Part shown: positions 58,068 to 62,372 of the stretch, piece after piece
Layout: the number at the start of each line of letters is the position of its first letter
Position numbering within the stretch: the stretch's first letter is position 1
Source: Desulfuromonadales bacterium
GTDB taxonomy: Bacteria; Desulfobacterota; Desulfuromonadia; Desulfuromonadales; UBA2197
DNA length: 62,372 nucleotides
Direction of reading: 5' to 3'
NCBI GenBank assembly: GCA_034370465.1
Contig: JAXMLA010000040.1
Coordinates: 1 to 62,372, forward strand
The notes under the pieces: model-generated
Told to the model about the DNA's origin: nothing
Seen by the model: only the letters and a program-made list of their open reading frames with translations
Databases searched by the model: none
Program-made: the position numbers and the translations under genes

Positions 58068-59022
58068 CGCTGCTGATCCCTTTGGCGTCGGCTTCGTAAG
58101 AAAGGAGGAGGCGGTGGCGCAAAACCATCATGCCGACCGCCAGCACATCGTCGGGGATAACATAGGGACGATGGCGCAAAAAGGCGTGCGCCCGGGCAGC
58201 GCGGGCCAAGGCAATGCCGCCGCGCGGCGAAACACCGTGCTCGATCAGGGATTGCAACTCCCCCTTGCCGCAAATGGACGGTTCGCGCGTCGCTTCGATA
58301 ATGTCGAGGATGTACTCGCGAATTTTATCGTCAAGGTGGAGGGTGCGGACCGCTTCGCTCGCCGCTGCCAGGGTGGCGGCGCTGACCACCGGACGGATCT
58401 CCACACTGCTTTCGCTACTGATGCGATCGATGACCTCGGCCTCTTGATGGCGCAGCGGATAAGTGACAATCACCTTGAACATGAAGCGATCGACCTGGGC
58501 CTCGGGGAGAGGGTAGGTCCCTTCGTGCTCCAGGGGATTCTGGGTGGCGAGGACGATAAAGGGCTGTGGCAGAAGTTCCGTCACCTCGCCCAGCGTGACC
58601 TGCCCCTCTTCCATCGCTTCGAGGAGGGCTGACTGGACCTTGGCCGGGGCCCGGTTGATCTCGTCGGCCAAAACGACATGGGCAAAGATCGGTCCTTTGC
58701 GGATATCGAACTCGCCACGGCCGGGGTGATAGACCGGGGTGCCGATGAGATCGGAGGGGAGGAGATCAGGGGTGAACTGGATGCGCTTAAAGGAGAGATC
58801 GAGCGCGCGGGCCAGGGCATTGACGGTGCGGGTCTTGGCCAAGCCCGGCACTCCTTCGATGAGGACGTGACCGCGGCAAAGGAGGCCGATCAACAAAGCT
58901 TCCAGGAGCTTGCGCTGACCAACGATCGATTTGCCGATCTCGGTCATAAGCGGCTCGACAAAAGCGCTCTTTTTGGCAATGTCCGCTTCAAGTTGGGCGA
59001 GGGTGAAATTCGATGATGACAA
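58024..59022 (-). CDS. moxR: MoxR-family AAA+ ATPase
   Basis: GHVLIEGVPGLAKT is the Walker A motif and VLADEINRAPAKVQSALLEAMEE the Walker B region. The protein is 332 aa. Confidence 0.93.
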   Translation of the reverse strand: MSSSNFTLAQLEADIAKKSAFVEPLMTEIGKSIVGQRKLLEALLIGLLCRGHVLIEGVPGLAKTRTVNALARALDLSFKRIQFTPDLLPSDLIGTPVYHPGRGEFDIRKGPIFAHVVLADEINRAPAKVQSALLEAMEEGQVTLGEVTELLPQPFIVLATQNPLEHEGTYPLPEAQVDRFMFKVIVTYPLRHQEAEVIDRISSESSVEIRPVVSAATLAAASEAVRTLHLDDKIREYILDIIEATREPSICGKGELQSLIEHGVSPRGGIALARAARAHAFLRHRPYVIPDDVLAVGMMVLRHRLLLSYEADAKGISSDEVLAQIFSAVPTP

Positions 59023-59326
59023 AGGAGGTGACTCCGGCGTTCAGGTAGGTTGGCAAGGATGGAAGTATAGAGAGAAGTTCCTTATCCTTCAAGGGAAATT
59101 TCGATTTTGTCGGGGGTGTTGGTTAGCAAAGCAAGTCCGCAAGGAACCACTTTTACCGGTAAAGCTCAAAAAAAAGATTAATGCTGGAAATCTGCATAAA
59201 AATCAGCGTAATATGAAAGAATAATTTTTACGTCAGCAGATAGATGATGAGCCGGAATTGACGTTTTTCCTGTTGATAATACCGCGGCAAAGATAATGCC
59301 CCCTTTTTAATGGAGCGAGCCCTTGT

Positions 59327-60223
59327 ATGAATGATATCACCAGCGAAAAGATTCTCGACAGCCTCTTTGACGGCGTCTACTTTGTCGATTGTGAGCGACG
59401 GATCACTTATTGGAATCCCGCCGCGGAACGGATCTCCGGCTACACGAAAACAGATATGCTCGGTCACCGGTGCGCTGACAATTTATTGCGTCACGTCGAT
59501 GGCGGCGGCGTCGAACTCTGTCTCAACGGCTGCCCCCTCACCGCCTCGATCGGCGATGGAAAACCGCGTGAGGCGAGTGTCTTTCTTCATCATAAACTCG
59601 GTCATCGCGTTCCGGTCTCGGTCAGGACCTCTCCGGTGCGTGATGACCAGGGGATGATTATCGGCGCGGTCGAGATCTTTACCGACAATTCATCGGCTTT
59701 GCAGCTTCTGCGGGAATTCGAAGCACTCAAACACGAAGTCTATCAGGACGCCCTCACTGCCATCGGCAACCGCCGCTACGGTGAGGTGACCCTCTCGACC
59801 CTTATTTATGAGTGGCAGGAACATGCCCACCCCTTTGGGCTCCTCTTTCTCGATGTCGATCACTTCAAGATTTTCAACGACAACTACGGGCATCAGCAGG
59901 GGGATGAGGTTTTGATCATGGTCGCAAAGTCGATCAGCAATTCACTGCGCAACATGGATGTGGTTGCCCGCTGGGGCGGCGAAGAGTTTGTCGTCATCCT
60001 CCCCGGCGCTACGCCGGTCATCGTCAAGGCGATTGCCGAGCGGGTTCGCATGCTGATTGCCAGCAGCTTTATCACCAACAGTGCCGAAGATCTCCGGGTC
60101 ACCGTTTCGATCGGAGGGACGGTCTCCCGTTGCGGCGAGACCGCAGAGTCGATTGTCAAGCGGGCCGATGAATTGATGTATTGCAGCAAGGCCAACGGTC
60201 GCAACCGGGTCACGATCGACTGA
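59327..60223 (+). CDS. PAS-GGDEF diguanylate cyclase
   Basis: The PAS region contains DGVYFVDCERRITYWNPAAERISGY. The active site is RWGGEEFVVILPG, and DHFKIFNDNYGH is present. Confidence 0.92.
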   Translation: MNDITSEKILDSLFDGVYFVDCERRITYWNPAAERISGYTKTDMLGHRCADNLLRHVDGGGVELCLNGCPLTASIGDGKPREASVFLHHKLGHRVPVSVRTSPVRDDQGMIIGAVEIFTDNSSALQLLREFEALKHEVYQDALTAIGNRRYGEVTLSTLIYEWQEHAHPFGLLFLDVDHFKIFNDNYGHQQGDEVLIMVAKSISNSLRNMDVVARWGGEEFVVILPGATPVIVKAIAERVRMLIASSFITNSAEDLRVTVSIGGTVSRCGETAESIVKRADELMYCSKANGRNRVTID

Positions 60224-60253
60224 GATCCATTTATTGTTCAGCTGACCGGATAT

Positions 60254-60280
60254 AAAAGACGGCCAAATCGGTCGTCTTTT
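60254..60280. terminator. Bidirectional rho-independent terminator between the GGDEF gene and mazF
   Basis: aaaaGACGGCC-aaatc-GGTCGTCtttt forms an 11-bp stem that includes the A/T runs, with one G-U pair. Confidence 0.75.
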
Positions 60281-60341
60281 ATAATTAGGGGAATGTCTTC
60301 TCAAACGCTTTTTCAAGAGTTTCACCAGCAGACGTTGTTCT

Positions 60342-60731
60342 TTATGCAAGTTGTACGATCTGGTTCAAACGGGCACAAACCTCGGCAAAAGGATGGTCCG
60401 ACAGACGATGAAGGGGATGGGGTGAGGCCTTGCGACTTCGCCAGTCAAAGGATTTTGGTTGATGACAAAGGACATAGCTGGTCTTTTCCGCCTTCTGTCC
60501 CCGCGCATTCCCGACCGCCACGGCAAAGGGGTTGTCGGCATTGTACTCCGCTGTCGTCATGGGGAGACCGATGACCAATGATGTTCGATCGTTAAAGATA
60601 CGTGGCGAGAGGACCAGGAAGGGATGCAAATCACGCATCTCACTTCCGGCTTGCGGATTACAGTTGATCCAGATGATCTCCTGACGATCCGGAACCCAGA
60701 TCTTTCCTGCATGTCCTTTTGGCGCTACCAC
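60342..60731 (-). CDS. mazF: MazF/PemK/ChpB-family endoribonuclease toxin
   Basis: VPDRQEIIWINCNPQAGSEMRDLHPFLVLSPRIFNDRTSLVIGLPMTT...LCHQPKSFDWRSR is present. Confidence 0.88.
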   Translation of the reverse strand: MVAPKGHAGKIWVPDRQEIIWINCNPQAGSEMRDLHPFLVLSPRIFNDRTSLVIGLPMTTAEYNADNPFAVAVGNARGQKAEKTSYVLCHQPKSFDWRSRKASPHPLHRLSDHPFAEVCARLNQIVQLA

Positions 60732-60985
60732 TTTTCCGCCCCAAGCGGTTCATCGGTCGCCATGACTTCGCCGCCATGCTGGGCCGGATCAAAAAGGGCC
60801 AGACGCTGTTCAAGGGTCAGCGGTGCATCTTCCACCGGGGTGATAACCAGCCGCCCCTCCTCGACGCAAACCCTGACCCGTTGATCGACATGGAGATGGG
60901 CGGCGCGAGCCACTGCGACCGGCAACCGAACACCCAGATTATTCCCCCACTGTTTCAAATCAAGAAACGCTTCCACGTGAGCCAT
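60725..60985 (-). CDS. mazE: MazE/AbrB-fold antitoxin
   Basis: LKQWGNNLGVRLPVAVARAAHLHVDQRVRVCVEEGRLVITPV parallels E. coli MazE. It overlaps mazF by 7 nt. The ATG is at 60985. Confidence 0.85.
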   Translation of the reverse strand: MAHVEAFLDLKQWGNNLGVRLPVAVARAAHLHVDQRVRVCVEEGRLVITPVEDAPLTLEQRLALFDPAQHGGEVMATDEPLGAEKW

Positions 60986-61150
60986 GATGGCACTCCTTTT
61001 GTTATCGTTTAAACAATGTTTAAACGATAGAGCGTACACAGTCAAATAAAAAGAATGCTCACACTTTACTTTTGTCTCGCGTCAAGGGCTGAGCCTTTGG
61101 GGCATTTGGGGGCGCGCCCCATTACCATTCACACCGCGCTCCGTCCACAT

Positions 61151-61765
61151 TCAGGAATACCCTTCCCCAGCCGCTTCGCTCTTGAGGTCTAGGTACGCGG
61201 AAATGCCGTTCGCCCATATTTCAATCTCCTGAGCGGCGTTATCCATCTCTTTTCGTAGGAGCCGAACGTTAATTCGCGATACCCGGTGTGCAACCGGTTT
61301 GTCGTCCCTGTGCCGGGGATAGCGAAAGAACTCTCCAGTCGGGTCAACTTCGGCAAACTGCTTGATACAATTGTCGATGATGGATAGGTTCGGCCATTTC
61401 TGACCATCAAGACGAGCAGCAGCATTTATGACCTCTTTCGCTTGAATCCACAGTTTGTTGAGGCCATGACCTTCCGGCGGTTTTATTCCTAAATCCAAAA
61501 GGCATACTCCATCGCGAATGAGTCCCTTAAGCGATAGCTCCAGATAGTGCCTGTATAGATAAAGGATCGGAAAGATTAGGAAATCTATCTCGGACCGGTC
61601 ATCAGCGAGGGAATCAATTAGTCGATTCGCGGCCATTCGATATGCAGAAGTATAGATAGTCCAATTAGTGGCGTGTGGACTGACGAGGGCATCGTGCCAC
61701 CAGTCCTCTCCTCCGCGAAAAAACTCATCACTTGGGCGTCGAGTCGGCAAACCAATCGGGGGCAT
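61151..61765 (-). CDS. Hypothetical all-alpha protein (204 aa), family not recognised; possibly HEPN/Abi-like
   Basis: The ORF is clean and lies in AT-richer DNA. LYLYRHYLELSLKGLI, EGHGLNKLW and GEFFRYPRHRD are present. The HEPN/Abi resemblance is a subjective impression. Confidence 0.5.
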   Translation of the reverse strand: MPPIGLPTRRPSDEFFRGGEDWWHDALVSPHATNWTIYTSAYRMAANRLIDSLADDRSEIDFLIFPILYLYRHYLELSLKGLIRDGVCLLDLGIKPPEGHGLNKLWIQAKEVINAAARLDGQKWPNLSIIDNCIKQFAEVDPTGEFFRYPRHRDDKPVAHRVSRINVRLLRKEMDNAAQEIEIWANGISAYLDLKSEAAGEGYS

Positions 61766-61951
61766 AATACATCTCCAGTCTGGGTTATCTCACCAACGGG
61801 TTGCCTTTGGCCTGCGCAGCGGTTTTATGTCGCGCTAGTGCCTAAGTGAGTGTTGAGAGTTGCCCCTGATCTCCTTCCACTACAAATATCAGGTATTTAA
61901 ACAGTCTAAGACAACAAAAATATTGGGATTTTTGCAAGGGGTTAGTACCAT

Positions 61952-62372
61952 TCAGTCTTGCCAGCTAGTTACCTTGCCATTGTCAAAATACACGTAGAAT
62001 CCTTTGTAGACCCACTGCTCGTTTATCCCCCACCGCCCTCCGCTCCTATTGATCTGTTCAGGTATCCCCACACTGGCCCGAACTTGGTCCTTGGTCATTT
62101 CAAGCAAAATATCCCCATTGCGGACAGCGCTAAGAATTTTTTTGCTCCACCCTTTCGCAGGATTCGTTTTAGAGAAAATTGAGTCGAGAAAATCGATATC
62201 CATACTGATATCGATCACGTCCTCTTCACCACATTCGTTGAAGGTCATAATGACCCTATTTTGATAGGATATATCGGTCAATTCCACGTATCTATAGGAG
62301 CTGTTTTCGCCAATGATATCCGTTACAACTGAGACATCGGTAACCTGAATATAGTCCAGAAACTTGAAATTG
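61952..62372 (-). CDS. Hypothetical protein with a BamE/SmpA_OmlA-like C-terminal module, 5-prime end beyond the window
   Basis: The frame is open from the stop at 61952 to the window end; I translated codons 62288-62371 by hand. The C-terminus is MTKDQVRASVGIPEQ...EQWVYKGFYVYFDNGKVTSWQ. Confidence 0.5.
   Translation of the reverse strand, partial: NFKFLDYIQVTDVSVVTDIIGENSSYRYVELTDISYQNRVIMTFNECGEEDVIDISMDIDFLDSIFSKTNPAKGWSKKILSAVRNGDILLEMTKDQVRASVGIPEQINRSGGRWGINEQWVYKGFYVYFDNGKVTSWQD

Overview
This 62.4-kb window is a gene-dense bacterial chromosomal segment with about 62 CDS on both strands. It is mostly high-GC. Hand counts of two sample lines gave 38/60 G+C at 19681-19740 and 22/60 at 28201-28260. 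The gene content suggests an anaerobic or microaerotolerant Desulfuromonadota (Geobacter/Desulfuromonas-like) organism; this is inference only. I saw no rRNA, tRNA or CRISPR array. Coding density leaves only a few gaps over 150 bp, and I read those by eye.

Gene order along the window:
- 2-4176: recB (5-prime truncated) and recD.
- 4197-14916 (minus strand): one tightly packed operon. It encodes an HTH-EIIA(Ntr) regulator, a DUF1275 membrane protein, and a seven-gene complex colinear with Hyf/Hyc.
- 15001-21223: ppc and cydDC.
- 21449-25467: a small ORF, a UMF1-type MFS transporter, and a three-domain acyl-AMP ligase-ACP-acyltransferase.
- 25471-27176: a GNAT acetyltransferase and a YhdH/AcuI-type reductase.
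- 27173-33633: a visibly AT-richer accessory block. It holds DUF1294, a RibD_C-like protein, a lipoprotein, a transglutaminase-like protein, a CarF/FAD4-type desaturase, a solitary REP-associated tyrosine transposase (RAYT), higBA, an exported DsrE-like/rhodanese pair, DUF554 and DUF3185.
- 33681-37392: an HD-GYP sensor with an adjacent lipoprotein, then panE and a PfpI-family protein.
- 37403-40969: bioW-bioF-bioH-bioC, with a BirA-type operator upstream.
- 41129-53085: housekeeping genes (Isf-like flavoprotein, secA, argJ, deoB, arsR, holC, rsmE, trmJ, rlmD).
- 53049-59022: a MoxR-DUF58-BatA/B/C-fusion-BatD operon.
- 59327-62372: a PAS-GGDEF protein and an AT-richer end with mazEF and two unrecognised ORFs.

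Most notable observations:
- In the Hyf-like complex, the large subunit has lost all four NiFe cysteine ligands (Ehr type). The complex is translationally coupled to DUF1275 and to an HTH-PTS-EIIA regulator.
- higB has its catalytic C-terminal IIDYH encoded out of frame by an apparent 1-nt indel.
- A CarF/FAD4 desaturase sits in an otherwise anaerobe-like context.
- An MFS plus Aas-like pair resembles lplT-aas but with rearranged domains.
- A single bio operon combines BioW with BioC/BioH.

The first ~60 nt (poly-C, poly-G) look like an assembly artefact.
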